Source of the DNA: Pseudomonadota bacterium
GTDB lineage: Bacteria > Desulfobacterota > Desulfobacteria > Desulfobacterales > JBDRRP01
DNA: 24,541 bases
NCBI GenBank assembly: GCA_043825735.1
Contig: JBDRRP010000011.1
Span: 62,001 to 86,541, forward strand
Direction of reading: 5' to 3'
Below, piece after piece: positions 9,038 to 18,906 of the stretch (position 1 is the stretch's first letter; each line of letters starts with the position of its first letter). The position numbers and the translations under genes were made by a program. The notes beneath the pieces were generated by a model. It was not told the origin of the DNA and made no database searches. It worked only from the letters and a program-made list of their open reading frames with translations.

Positions 9038-10268
9038 AACGAATCGCCTCCACCGGATCCAGCCGAGCGGCCTGACGGGCCGGGTATAGGGTGGCCAAAA
9101 AACAAATCGCCAGGGCCGAAACAGCGATGAGCGCCACGTCCATCCACTGGAGCAGCACCGGCAGTTTGCTGATGTAGTAGACGTCGCTGGGCAATTCAAT
9201 AAACTGGTAATGGGACAGCAGCGTGCACAGGATCAACCCCCCGCACCCGCCCATTAAAATCCCCACCGCACCGATGGCCATCCCCTTGAAAATAAAAATT
9301 CGCCGGATGCTGCCATCCGTTGCCCCCATGGCCTTGAGGATCGCGATGTCCTTGGTCTTTTCCATGACCATCATGATCAGAGAGCTGGCGATGTTGAAAG
9401 CCGCCACAAGGATGATCAGCGCCAGGATGATAAACATGACGGTTTTTTCAAGCTTGAGGGCCGAAAACAGGTTGCGGTTCATCTGCATCCAGTCCCGCGC
9501 CCAATAGGGGAATCCGATACGCTCGATCAAACGTTTGGCAATGGCACGTGCCTGGTAAATGTCTTCCACCCGGATTTCGATGCCGGTGACGGCATCCCCC
9601 ATGCGCAGCAGATGCTGGGCGTCATCGAGGCGGATATAGGCGAAAGAACCGTCGAACTCGTACATGCCGGACTCGAAAAGGCCCGCGATGCGGTATTGAC
9701 GCATGGCCGGCAGGTGGCCGATGGGCGACATCATCCCCCGGGGGGAGATCAGGGCTACGGTATCCCCTTTCCGCAGCCCAAGGCTCTTGGCCAGTTCGAT
9801 CCCGAGTATGATGCCGCCGCCCGTGGCCGGTCTATTTGGGGCATCACCGGGCGGGTCGGCCAGCGAGGCCAGTGCCTCCTCGGAAAGGTAGGCGTTGACC
9901 GTCGCGGCCAACCGCGGATCGATGCCCCGCAGGACAGCACCGGAAACACCGCTGGCTGAGCGCAGCATCACCTGGGAATAGACGAACGGTGCGGCCCCGG
10001 TCACTCCGGGAATCTGTTCGGCCGCAGTCAAAACCTCGCGGTATCCGGTAAACGGCTGCCCGTGGCGCATGACCACCACATGGGACTCAACCCCCAAAAT
10101 CCGAGATTTCATATCGGCTTCAAACCCGGCCATGACGGCGATGACCACGATCAGGGCCATCACCCCCACCGCCACCCCGGCGATGGACAGCAGGGTGATC
10201 AAGGAAATGAAGGTCTGCCGCTGTTTGGACCTGAGGTATCGTCGACCAATAAAATACTCAAACCGCAT
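9030..10268 (-). CDS. lolE: Lipoprotein-releasing ABC transporter permease (single LolC/E, LolF-type)
   Basis: RRYLRSK...FISLITLLSIAGVAVGVMALIVVIAVMAGFE, IILVAAFNI, KDIAILKAMGA and [17 protein letters not shown]. Confidence 0.93.
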   Translation of the reverse strand: MRFEYFIGRRYLRSKQRQTFISLITLLSIAGVAVGVMALIVVIAVMAGFEADMKSRILGVESHVVVMRHGQPFTGYREVLTAAEQIPGVTGAAPFVYSQVMLRSASGVSGAVLRGIDPRLAATVNAYLSEEALASLADPPGDAPNRPATGGGIILGIELAKSLGLRKGDTVALISPRGMMSPIGHLPAMRQYRIAGLFESGMYEFDGSFAYIRLDDAQHLLRMGDAVTGIEIRVEDIYQARAIAKRLIERIGFPYWARDWMQMNRNLFSALKLEKTVMFIILALIILVAAFNIASSLIMMVMEKTKDIAILKAMGATDGSIRRIFIFKGMAIGAVGILMGGCGGLILCTLLSHYQFIELPSDVYYISKLPVLLQWMDVALIAVSALAICFLATLYPARQAARLDPVEAIRYG

Positions 10269-10326
10269 ACCCGTCTCCCGGGAAAAATTCACCCACTATG
10301 CCGCTGTATGAACGGCACCGGCAGGC

Positions 10327-11814
10327 TCAACGTGATTCTACGGCCGGTTTCATGTGCGGAAACAGGATGACTTCTCTTATGGACGGGGCGTCGGTGAGCA
10401 GCATCACCAGACGGTCGATGCCCACCCCTTCACCAGCGGTGGGCGGCATCCCGTATTCCAGCGCCTCGATGTAGTCCCGGTCCATCAGGTGGGCTTCGGC
10501 ATCACCGGCCGCGCGGTCTGCCACCTGTTGCTCGAACCGTCCGAGTTGATCGGCGGGATCGTTAAGTTCGCTGAAACCGTTGGCGATTTCGTGCCCGGCG
10601 ATAAACAGCTCAAAACGGTCCGTGAAGTCTGGCTGGGCACTGTTTCGACGGGAAAGCGGCGAGACCGCCACCGGATAGCCGGTAATGAACGTCGGCTGAA
10701 TGAGGTGCGGTTCAACCAGGGCGTCAAAAAGCTTGGTGAGCACTTTTCCCAATCGGCCGGTCTTGGTCACGGTGACGCCCTTGTCATGAGCGAAACCGAG
10801 CAGTTGATCCTTGTCTTGCAGCATCTTTTCAGGAACACCGCCGATGGTTACCAGCGCCTCCAACAAATCCAGCCGTTGCCACGGCCCCCCCATGTTGATG
10901 TCATGGCCCTGGTAAGCCACCGTTTCACTGCCGCAAACAGCAGTGGTCACGGTTGCAAACATCCGTTCGGTGAACGCCATCAAATCGGTATAGGTGGCGT
11001 AGGCCTGATAGAATTCAAGCATGGTGAATTCCGGGTTATGGCGTGTGGATACCCCTTCGTTGCGGAAATTGCGGTTGATTTCGAACACCCGCTCAAACCC
11101 CCCCACCACCAATCGCTTGAGGTCGAGCTCCGGGGCGATGCGCAGGTACAGGTCCATTCCCAGCGCCTTGTGATGGGTGATAAATGGCGTGGCCTCGGCA
11201 CCACCGGCAATGGGCTGCATCATCGGGGTTTCTACTTCCAGAAAATCGTGAAGCAGCAGAAACTGGCGAACTTCCTGAATGATTCGGCTGCGTTTGAGAA
11301 ACAACGCCCGCACCTCATCATTCATTACGAGATCCACATAACGGCGCCGGTAGCGTTTTTCAGGATCCCGAAGACCGTGGAATTTCTCTGGCAGTGGTCG
11401 GACCGCCTTGCTCAGCAGTCGCAACTGTCCGGCCAGCAGGGTCCATTCCCCGGTACGGGTTTGAAACATGCCGCCGGTAAGACCGATATAATCGCCCACG
11501 TCCATTTGTTTGAACACACTGTAGGCGGCATCCCCGACCCCGTCCTTCTTAACATAGGCCTGCAGGATGCCCGTCCGGTCGCGAAACCGGATGAAGGCCG
11601 CCTTGCCAAAGCGGTTGATGGCCATAACACGCCCGGCTAATGAAAACTGAGGCCCGGTCTCATCTGGAGCCGCGGCGACGCGCTCGACTTGTTCCCGGAC
11701 ATCGGAGACGCTGTGGGACACCTGAAAGTCATTGGGGTACGGATCAATATCATTGGCCCGCAATTCGGCGATCTTTTGCCGCCGCAATTCAAGCAGATCT
11801 GTACTGTTGTTCAT
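10327..11814 (-). CDS. lysS: Lysine--tRNA ligase (class II)
   Basis: OB-fold N-terminus, LPEKFHGL, RYRRRYVDL, EVETPMM, FRNEG...HNPEFT, ANGFSELND and GIDRLVMLLT. Start ATG 11814 after AGGA. Confidence 0.97.
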   Translation of the reverse strand: MNNSTDLLELRRQKIAELRANDIDPYPNDFQVSHSVSDVREQVERVAAAPDETGPQFSLAGRVMAINRFGKAAFIRFRDRTGILQAYVKKDGVGDAAYSVFKQMDVGDYIGLTGGMFQTRTGEWTLLAGQLRLLSKAVRPLPEKFHGLRDPEKRYRRRYVDLVMNDEVRALFLKRSRIIQEVRQFLLLHDFLEVETPMMQPIAGGAEATPFITHHKALGMDLYLRIAPELDLKRLVVGGFERVFEINRNFRNEGVSTRHNPEFTMLEFYQAYATYTDLMAFTERMFATVTTAVCGSETVAYQGHDINMGGPWQRLDLLEALVTIGGVPEKMLQDKDQLLGFAHDKGVTVTKTGRLGKVLTKLFDALVEPHLIQPTFITGYPVAVSPLSRRNSAQPDFTDRFELFIAGHEIANGFSELNDPADQLGRFEQQVADRAAGDAEAHLMDRDYIEALEYGMPPTAGEGVGIDRLVMLLTDAPSIREVILFPHMKPAVESR

Positions 11815-12026
11815 TGTTAGTCCTGACGCATGGATCGAAAGCCGGAAATGCCACGGCCCAGCCCCTATGCAAAGCAATGCCGGGGTTGCATCGGTCATTC
11901 GATGCCCCGGCCGGGTGTTTGATGATCAGCGGATTCGGCCTGACGGAAAAAATGTCAGACCGTGCGGTCCGTCATCGGATTACGGCCACCCGACTCACGC
12001 TGACGGTCACGATATTCGAATCGGTC

Positions 12027-12056
12027 TTGCTACCTTAATTTACTATGGAGTGTCAA
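12027..12056 (-). promoter_or_regulatory. Possible sigma70 promoter for the lysS-lol-bam-lpx operon
   Basis: Perfect TTGACA (12051-12056, minus strand), AT-rich 18-nt spacer and a weak -10 TAGCAA. Confidence 0.35.
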
Positions 12057-12136
12057 GCCTGCAGGGCGCTGCAGGCACCTCTGGATAACGGTAATTGCCC
12101 CCCGGGACGCCCGAGGTACTGGCATATGGGCGAGTC

Positions 12137-13465
12137 TCAACGCCCGGTGTCGCCCGGAGAAAACGGAGGTGTGGCCGCGCGCTGGAAGATGACGGTGAAC
12201 ACCGTTCCGGAGCCGGGCTCACTGTCCACGTCGATACGACTGTCGTAGGATTCAAGGATGCTGTGTACCATGGACAATCCCAGCCCCGTCCCCCGCGGTT
12301 TGGTGGTAAAAAACGGCGTAAAGATATGCTGGGCATGCTCCGGGGCAATGCCGTAACCGTCGTCGATGACCTGCAGCACGACCTGGGAATTTCGCCGAGC
12401 CGCCACCTTTACAACTACGCGGCCGGTGCCCTCGATGGCCTCGGCAGCGTTGAGCAGCAAATTCCAGAACACCTGACGGAAGTGCACCGGATCAATCTCG
12501 ATCCAAAGATTGTTTTCAAGCGACGTCTCAATGGAGATCAGAGCTGTCCGGGATGCATCTTTTTCAAAAAGCGTCACGATCTCCATGACCGTTTCACTCA
12601 GGTTGACGGCACGACGGCTGCCCGTAGGGGGGCGGGCGAACATTAGAAAATTGCTGATCAGGTCGCTGAGCCGAGCCGTCTCGCGCGTCACGATCTGCAT
12701 GAGTTTATGGTGCTGAGGGTTGTAGGGCAAATCCGATTGGAGCAGTTGGATCGCCCCCGCCAGGGAGGCCAGGGGGTTTTTGATCTCATGGGCCATGCCG
12801 GCGGCAATCTCCCCCATGGATGCCAGTTTCTCCACCCGCTTGAGGTGGGTCTCCAGCGCTCGCAATTCGCTTTGAGACTGTTTTGCCTGTTCGGCCAGCA
12901 CGCCACTGAGAATCGCCACGGCAAAACAGGCGAGCCCCGTCACCACAATGCGGTAAAACACCTGGAGCCAACCGTGCTCGCTGGCGGCCACGGTGCCGTC
13001 CATGACAAAGGGGTGCAGCAACTTCGCATATTCCAAAGCGACCACCACCCCGTACTGGATGCCGCAGAGCGTCGCCATCCAGACCACTTCTCTTCGAGGA
13101 AGCAGGATGCTGCTGTAAATGAGCACTACGAGGTATAAAAAAGAGAAAATGCTGGAAAACCCGCCTGTAACCAACAATATGAGGGTGACGATAAAGGTGT
13201 CAATGGCCACCTGAAAAGTGGCGAAATATTGAAAATCTTTGATTTTATTATAAAAATACAAATAGATGCAGCTGAGCCCGAAAATGCCTGCGGTGAGTGC
13301 GTAGATCAGCAGAAGCGGGACCGCCAGCGCGGATGGCGCTTGACCCAGTTGAATGATGATGGTGGATCCTAAAAGAAGAGAGGTGAAGACCACCCGTGAA
13401 AACATGAGCAGTTTAAGTCGGCCACGGGTTTCTTCTAAGGCATGTTTGGATATCGTATAATCCAT
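12137..13465 (-). CDS. pilS: PilS-like sensor histidine kinase
   Basis: Multi-TM N-terminus (LLVTGGFSSIFSFLYL), H-box AHEIKNPL, N-box QVFWNLLLNA, DDGYGI, PFFTTK and GTGLGL; follows pilC. Confidence 0.85.
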   Translation of the reverse strand: MDYTISKHALEETRGRLKLLMFSRVVFTSLLLGSTIIIQLGQAPSALAVPLLLIYALTAGIFGLSCIYLYFYNKIKDFQYFATFQVAIDTFIVTLILLVTGGFSSIFSFLYLVVLIYSSILLPRREVVWMATLCGIQYGVVVALEYAKLLHPFVMDGTVAASEHGWLQVFYRIVVTGLACFAVAILSGVLAEQAKQSQSELRALETHLKRVEKLASMGEIAAGMAHEIKNPLASLAGAIQLLQSDLPYNPQHHKLMQIVTRETARLSDLISNFLMFARPPTGSRRAVNLSETVMEIVTLFEKDASRTALISIETSLENNLWIEIDPVHFRQVFWNLLLNAAEAIEGTGRVVVKVAARRNSQVVLQVIDDGYGIAPEHAQHIFTPFFTTKPRGTGLGLSMVHSILESYDSRIDVDSEPGSGTVFTVIFQRAATPPFSPGDTGR

Positions 13466-13493
13466 GGGGGAGAATAACTCGAAGGAATGGCCG

Positions 13494-13524
13494 GGAGCCC
13501 GGCTTCGGCAAGCCGCGGGGCTCC
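13494..13524. other. GC-rich stem-loop between pilC and pilS
   Basis: ggagccc-ggctt[cggc]aagcc-gcg-gggctcc. No clear U-tract on the minus strand, so function is unassigned. Confidence 0.4.
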
Positions 13525-13617
13525 ATGGATTTTAGAAAGGGGGCTATCGGCCCGGGTGTTCGTCGCAACCGTTTTTCTCAGCAGCGGTCAGCGATGTCGA
13601 CCGCGCCGACACGGGCA

Positions 13618-14829
13618 TCATCCGCCGACGGCACCGGCCATCTTGAATATGGGCAGGTACATGGACACCACCAGCCCGCCGATCACCACGCCCATAAAAA
13701 CCATCATCACCGGTTCGATGGCGGCAGTAAGGTTTTCCACGGCCTGGTCGACTTCCTCGTCATAAAAATCCGCTATCTTTCCGAGCATGGCGTCAAGGGC
13801 GCCGGTGGACTCTCCCACGGCGATCATCTGGCAGACCATGGGCGGGAAAACGCCGCTTTCCAGCAGAGGGTCCGACATGGTGCGCCCCTCTGAAATACCG
13901 CTTCTGACCTTGTAGACGGCGCTTTCAACGGTCTTGTTGCCGGCAGTTTTGGCAACAATGTCGAGGGCTTCGAGAATAGAGACCCCGCTGGAGAGCATCG
14001 TACCCATGGTTCGGGAAAATTTGGCCACGGCCACCCTGCGGATGAGTGTGCCGAAAACCGGTAGTTTCAAGGAATACTGATCCACCGCTGCGCGGCCTTT
14101 TTCGGTCTTGTAGACCCTTTTGAAAGCTATGACAAAAAGTATAAGGCCGCCCAGAATGATGTACCAGCTTTGCCGAGCGAACTTGCTGGCATTGACCACA
14201 ATCTGTGTCGGTGCCGGAAGGGCGCCGCCAAAATCGGCGAACATTGCTTCGAATACCGGGATGACAAAAATCATGATCACCGCCACAACGATGACGGCGA
14301 CAGCCATGGTGATCGCCGGATACGTCATGGCGCCTTTCACTTTGGCTTTGAGCTTGGCCGACTTTTCCATGTAGGCCGACAGGCGCTGGAGAATGATATC
14401 GAGAATACCGCCGGCTTCACCGGCCGCGATCATGTTTACAAACAGGTCGTCAAAACTGTCGGGATATTTTTTGAGGGCTTCGGCAAGGGTGTTCCCACTC
14501 TCGACGCTTTCCTTGATTTCTTTGAGATACTTTTTAAAGGTGGGATTTTCCTGCTGGGAATAAAGAATGTCAAGGCACTGAATAATGGGCAGCCCTGCAT
14601 CGATCATGGTGGAAAACTGGCGGCAGAACAAAATGACGTCACTCTGCTTGACCGAGGGCTGCATGAACTTGACGTTTTCGAAAATGTCCTTCGGTTTTAG
14701 CTTGACCTTGGAAGGGATGAGCTTCATCTTGGCCAGATTCGCGCGCACGGCGTCTTCACTGGCCGCTTCCATCTCTCCCTTTTGGGTTTGACCCTTTTTA
14801 TTTTTGCCTGCCCACACGTATAATGGCAT
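13618..14829 (-). CDS. pilC: Type IV pilus platform protein PilC (T2SS F family)
   Basis: FCRQFSTMIDAGLP, AGEAGGILD, AMTYP, GESTGALDAML and SMYLPIF. Start ATG 14829 after SD GGAGG. Confidence 0.96.
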   Translation of the reverse strand: MPLYVWAGKNKKGQTQKGEMEAASEDAVRANLAKMKLIPSKVKLKPKDIFENVKFMQPSVKQSDVILFCRQFSTMIDAGLPIIQCLDILYSQQENPTFKKYLKEIKESVESGNTLAEALKKYPDSFDDLFVNMIAAGEAGGILDIILQRLSAYMEKSAKLKAKVKGAMTYPAITMAVAVIVVAVIMIFVIPVFEAMFADFGGALPAPTQIVVNASKFARQSWYIILGGLILFVIAFKRVYKTEKGRAAVDQYSLKLPVFGTLIRRVAVAKFSRTMGTMLSSGVSILEALDIVAKTAGNKTVESAVYKVRSGISEGRTMSDPLLESGVFPPMVCQMIAVGESTGALDAMLGKIADFYDEEVDQAVENLTAAIEPVMMVFMGVVIGGLVVSMYLPIFKMAGAVGG

Positions 14830-14907
14830 TTTATGCCCTCCGCTAAAAAAGGGAACTCGCCCGACGTCGCTGGGTTGACGCAACCACGTTACGAAAAGAT
14901 ATTGCGG

Positions 14908-14936
14908 AGCATACATCCTTTGTTTGGAAATGTCCA
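14908..14936 (-). promoter_or_regulatory. Putative sigma70 promoter for pilC-pilS
   Basis: Minus strand TGGACA-N17-TATGCT, ~80 nt upstream of the pilC ATG. Confidence 0.5.
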
Positions 14937-15076
14937 GTGAGCAGCGGCAGTTATCAGGATTGAGCCGCTGCCCTGTCGCCGCCGCTGACAGGACCTGCGA
15001 GCCGTCACCAGAGGATACCGACGAGTGCCTGTTGGTGTTTCGCTTGAATCCGGCGACGCGAAACCGTCATCGGTGC

Positions 15077-15106
15077 TTGATTAAGCTATCTAACTGTGGT
15101 TAGGCT
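15077..15106 (+). promoter_or_regulatory. Putative sigma70 promoter for the tRNA nucleotidyltransferase-trpS-scpAB operon
   Basis: TTGATT-N18-TAGGCT in a local AT-rich patch. Confidence 0.4.
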
Positions 15107-15148
15107 AAATTCTCACACAATGGCGCTGCCCGAACGGAGGGGGGTGCC

Positions 15149-15169
15149 ATGCCCACAGAACTTCAGTGA
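15149..15169 (+). CDS. Candidate 6-codon upstream ORF (MPTELQ*) coupled to the next gene
   Basis: SD GGAGG at 15136-15140, then ATG CCC ACA GAA CTT CAG TGA. Its TGA overlaps the main ORF's ATG at 15169 (TGATG). Confidence 0.3.
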   Translation: MPTELQ

Positions 15170-17853
15170 TGCCGACCATGCCCTCCAATAAAGACCTGAC
15201 TGTTATCACAACCCACATCAACGCCGACTTTGATGCCCTGGCATCCCTCCTGGCAGCCCAGAAGATCTACCCGGAAGCGATGGTGGTATTTCCAGGCTCC
15301 CAGGAGAAGAGCCTCCGAAACTTCTTCATCAACTCCATGGTCTACCTCTTCAACATGGCGGAGTTGAAAGCCATCGACATGGACCGCGTCAAACGATTGG
15401 TGCTGGTGGATACGCGGCAGTTGGGCCGGATCGGCGCCCTGGCGGACCTGGCCAGGCGTCCGGACGTGGAGGTGCACGTCTACGATCATCATCCGGCAGG
15501 GGCCGATGACATCGCCTCCGATTTCGGGGTCCAGCGGCTCACCGGAGCCACCGTAACGATCCTGGTGGAGATTCTCAGGCAAAAGGCCATCCCCATTTCG
15601 CCCGATGAGGCCACCATCATGTGCCTGGGCATTTATGAAGACACCGGGTCCTTTACGTTTTCTTCCACGACCGAGGCCGATTTCCATGCCGCAGCCTACC
15701 TTCTGTCTCAAGGCGCCAGCCTCAACGACGTGGCCAGTCTCATTTCAAGGGAACTCAACCCGGAGCAAATCAGCCTGCTCAACGATATGATCCAGAATGC
15801 CCGGCGCTATGATATCAACGGCATCGATGTCGTACTGACCACCATCACCACCGAGCACTATGTGCCCGATTTCGCCTTCCTCGTGCACAAGATGGTCAAG
15901 ATGGAAAACCTGGATGCCATCGTCGCCACCGCCCGCATGGCCAACAAGATCTACATCGTTGCCCGCAGCCGCACCGGTGACGTGGATGTGGGGGCCATCG
16001 TGGCCCACTTCGGCGGCGGCGGCCACCCTTTCGCCGCGGCAGCCACTGTGAAAGGGCAGCCCCTGGCCCAAATCGAGCAGCGCCTCATTGAACTGCTCTA
16101 CCAGGAGATTCGCCCGCGCCGCAAGGCCAAGGACCTGATGAGCGCACCGCCGATCACCATCGATGCCGAAAGCCCCTGCGCGACAGCGGCCGATCAAATG
16201 GCGCGTTACAGTATCAATGCACTGCTGGTCATGGCATCCGGCACCGGCCCGGAGACCTTGGCCGGCTTCATCACCCGGGCGGTGATCGAAAAGGCGCTCT
16301 ACCACCACCTGGAGCAGGTTCCGGTGAGAGATTTCATGACGTCAGAATTTGTCACGGTCAGCCCCGAGGCCGAGCTGTCTGAAATCCAGGAAAAAATCAT
16401 CGACAACAAACAACGGATCCTGCCGGTGGTCGAAGGTGACCGTGCCATCGGCGTGGTAACGCGCACCGACCTTCTAAACGTACTGGTGCGCCGCTCCCGG
16501 CTGGCGGACCGGCAGTCACTGGATCCCGACCCCCAACCGGACAACGTGCGCAGCAAAAACGTCAGGCGCTTTATGTCCGAGCGCCTGGGAAAACGGGTGC
16601 ACGACACGCTGATCGCCATCGGCGTAGCCGCCGAGGCTCAAGGGTGCAGCGCCTATGTGGTGGGCGGATTTGTCCGGGACCTGTTCTTGTACCGGCCCAA
16701 CGAAGACATGGACGTTGTCATCGAGGGCGACGGTATCGCCTTTGCCAAAAGCTTTGCTCGGCAAATGGGCGCACGCGTGCATACGTACCTGAAATTCGGC
16801 ACGGCGGTGGTGACGTTTCCAGACGGTTTCAAGATCGACGTGGCCACGGCCCGCATGGAGTATTACAAGTTTCCGGCCGCCATGCCGACAGTTGAGATGA
16901 GCAGCATCAAACTCGACCTGTTCCGCAGGGACTTCACCATGAACACCCTGGCGATCCGGCTCAACCCCGAACACTTCGGCATCCTCATCGATTTTTTTTC
17001 GGCGCAAAAAGACATCAAGGGCAAGACCGTCCGGGTCCTGCACAACCTCAGTTTCGTGGAAGACCCCACCCGGGTGTTTCGGGCCATCCGCTTCGAGCAG
17101 CGCTTCGGATTTGTCATTGGCAAACTGACCGCCGACCTTATCGAAAACGCGGTCAAAATGGATTTTTTCAGCCGGCTGACAGGCCGACGGGTATTCACGG
17201 AGCTGCGCTTGATCCTGGCCGAGGAGAACCCGGCGTGGTCGCTCCGACGCCTCAACGATTACGGGCTGCTGCCGGTGGTGCACCCCTCCATCCAGTACTG
17301 TGATGCGCTGGTGAATCTCTTTGCCGCCGTGAAGAACGTACTGGCCTGGTACGATTTGCTTTTTCTGGAAGGATCCTATATGAGGTGGGCCGTTTATTTC
17401 ATGGCCCTGATCCGCGACAGCGCGCGCGACGTCACTGAAAACATCTGCCACCGGTTCGAGCTCAGCGAGGCCCACAAACAGCTGTTTGCCGACCAGCGCA
17501 TGGCCGCCGAACGCTGTGTCGTGTGGTTGCACTACCACCCGTCAGCCACCAACAGCCTTGTATATCACCGGTTGGCGGTCTTCCGGATCGAAGCGCTGCT
17601 CTACATGATGGCCGCCGCTGAAAAGGATGCCACCAAACAGACCATTTCCGGCTTCATCACGCGGTTGCGTCATATTCAACCGCGTCTCAACGGACAGGAT
17701 CTCATCGATCTGGGGCTGACGCCAGGACCCATTTTTCGCGAAATCATTGAACATGTTCGCGATGCCAAGCTGGACGGGCGCGTCAGCACCAGAGAAGATG
17801 AGCTGGCACTGGCCGCCACTTTGAAAAACACCTTGAACAGGGATTTGCAATGA
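15169..17853 (+). CDS. DHH-DHHA1-CBS-CBS fused class II tRNA nucleotidyltransferase (A-adding or CCA-adding type)
   Basis: [22 protein letters not shown] and [11 protein letters not shown] (DHH/DHHA1); two CBS repeats; GGFVRDL...[23 protein letters not shown] and [15 protein letters not shown] (PolyA_pol/CCA core). Start uncertain (15166, 15169 or 15178). Confidence 0.92.
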   Translation: MPTMPSNKDLTVITTHINADFDALASLLAAQKIYPEAMVVFPGSQEKSLRNFFINSMVYLFNMAELKAIDMDRVKRLVLVDTRQLGRIGALADLARRPDVEVHVYDHHPAGADDIASDFGVQRLTGATVTILVEILRQKAIPISPDEATIMCLGIYEDTGSFTFSSTTEADFHAAAYLLSQGASLNDVASLISRELNPEQISLLNDMIQNARRYDINGIDVVLTTITTEHYVPDFAFLVHKMVKMENLDAIVATARMANKIYIVARSRTGDVDVGAIVAHFGGGGHPFAAAATVKGQPLAQIEQRLIELLYQEIRPRRKAKDLMSAPPITIDAESPCATAADQMARYSINALLVMASGTGPETLAGFITRAVIEKALYHHLEQVPVRDFMTSEFVTVSPEAELSEIQEKIIDNKQRILPVVEGDRAIGVVTRTDLLNVLVRRSRLADRQSLDPDPQPDNVRSKNVRRFMSERLGKRVHDTLIAIGVAAEAQGCSAYVVGGFVRDLFLYRPNEDMDVVIEGDGIAFAKSFARQMGARVHTYLKFGTAVVTFPDGFKIDVATARMEYYKFPAAMPTVEMSSIKLDLFRRDFTMNTLAIRLNPEHFGILIDFFSAQKDIKGKTVRVLHNLSFVEDPTRVFRAIRFEQRFGFVIGKLTADLIENAVKMDFFSRLTGRRVFTELRLILAEENPAWSLRRLNDYGLLPVVHPSIQYCDALVNLFAAVKNVLAWYDLLFLEGSYMRWAVYFMALIRDSARDVTENICHRFELSEAHKQLFADQRMAAERCVVWLHYHPSATNSLVYHRLAVFRIEALLYMMAAAEKDATKQTISGFITRLRHIQPRLNGQDLIDLGLTPGPIFREIIEHVRDAKLDGRVSTREDELALAATLKNTLNRDLQ

Positions 17854-18869
17854 CCAAGGAAGTCCACCTGACCGGCATCAGCACGACCGGCACCCCGCAC
17901 CTGGGCAACTATGTCGGCGCCATTCGGCCGGCCATTGCCGCCAGCCGCAATCCGGACGTGGAACCGTATTATTTTTTAGCCGATTACCACGCCATCATCA
18001 AATGCCACGACCCCGAGCGCGTTCGTCAGTCGAGCCTGTCGGTGGCGGCCACCTGGCTCGCCTTCGGTCTGGACCCCGACAGCACCCTTTTTTACCGGCA
18101 GTCGGATATCCCGGAAATTCCGGAGCTGACCTGGATTCTCTCCTGCATGACCGCCAAGGGGCTGATGAACCGGGCCCATGCCTACAAGGCCGCCGTGGCT
18201 GAAAATGATGACAGCGGCGCTGGAGACAGTGACCCGGATAAAGGGATCTCCATGGGGCTTTACAGCTATCCGGTGCTCATGGCCGCCGACATTCTCATGT
18301 TCAAGGCCCACAAGGTGCCGGTGGGCAGAGACCAGATCCAGCACCTGGAGATGACCCGTGACATTGCCGCCCGCTTCAATCATCACTTCGGAGACATTTT
18401 CGTTCTCCCCGAAGCCGTGGTGGACGAGCGGGTGGCCGTGCTCTCCGGTCTCGACGGCCGGAAAATGAGCAAGAGCTACAACAACACCATTCCGCTGTTC
18501 GAGACGGAAAAAAAGCTGCGCAAGCTGATCATGAAGATCACGACCAATTCTTTGCCCCCAGAGGCGCCCAAGGATCCGGAAACCTGTACGCTGTTTCAGA
18601 TTTACCGGGCCTTTGCCGAACCGTCGGCCGTTTCGGCCATTCGCCAGCGATACGCCGCCGGCATCGGCTGGGGTGAAATGAAGCAGATCCTTTTTGAATG
18701 TCTCAATGACATTCTGGCCGAACCCCGCCAGCGCTATCACGCGTTGATGGCAAAGCCGAACCACGTGGAAGCGGTGCTCAAAAACGGCGCACAACGGGCC
18801 AGAGAACGCAGCATCCCGTTTTTGGATACCATTCGAAACGCTGTCGGTATTCGGTCTCTGGCCAACTGA
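17850..18869 (+). CDS. trpS: Tryptophan--tRNA ligase
   Basis: PHLGNY (HIGH), [20 protein letters not shown] and KMSKS; ATGA overlap with the upstream gene. Confidence 0.97.
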   Translation: MTKEVHLTGISTTGTPHLGNYVGAIRPAIAASRNPDVEPYYFLADYHAIIKCHDPERVRQSSLSVAATWLAFGLDPDSTLFYRQSDIPEIPELTWILSCMTAKGLMNRAHAYKAAVAENDDSGAGDSDPDKGISMGLYSYPVLMAADILMFKAHKVPVGRDQIQHLEMTRDIAARFNHHFGDIFVLPEAVVDERVAVLSGLDGRKMSKSYNNTIPLFETEKKLRKLIMKITTNSLPPEAPKDPETCTLFQIYRAFAEPSAVSAIRQRYAAGIGWGEMKQILFECLNDILAEPRQRYHALMAKPNHVEAVLKNGAQRARERSIPFLDTIRNAVGIRSLAN

Positions 18870-18906
18870 CGCCGACGCGCGCATCCTTCATCGACGGCCA
18901 TAGCCT

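Noticed and set aside
10354..11640. 428-aa plus-strand ORF, and similar long antisense ORFs at 1756-2655, 3970-5160, 5025-5906, 16516-17538 and 17976-18884
   Set aside because: They lie antisense to well-conserved genes and have no recognisable motifs. Such shadow ORFs are expected from GC-rich codon bias.
11866..11884. Sigma54-like GGCA...TTGCA upstream of lysS, and TGGCA...GGCA near 22343
   Set aside because: GG-to-GC spacing is 9 nt in both, not the required 10.
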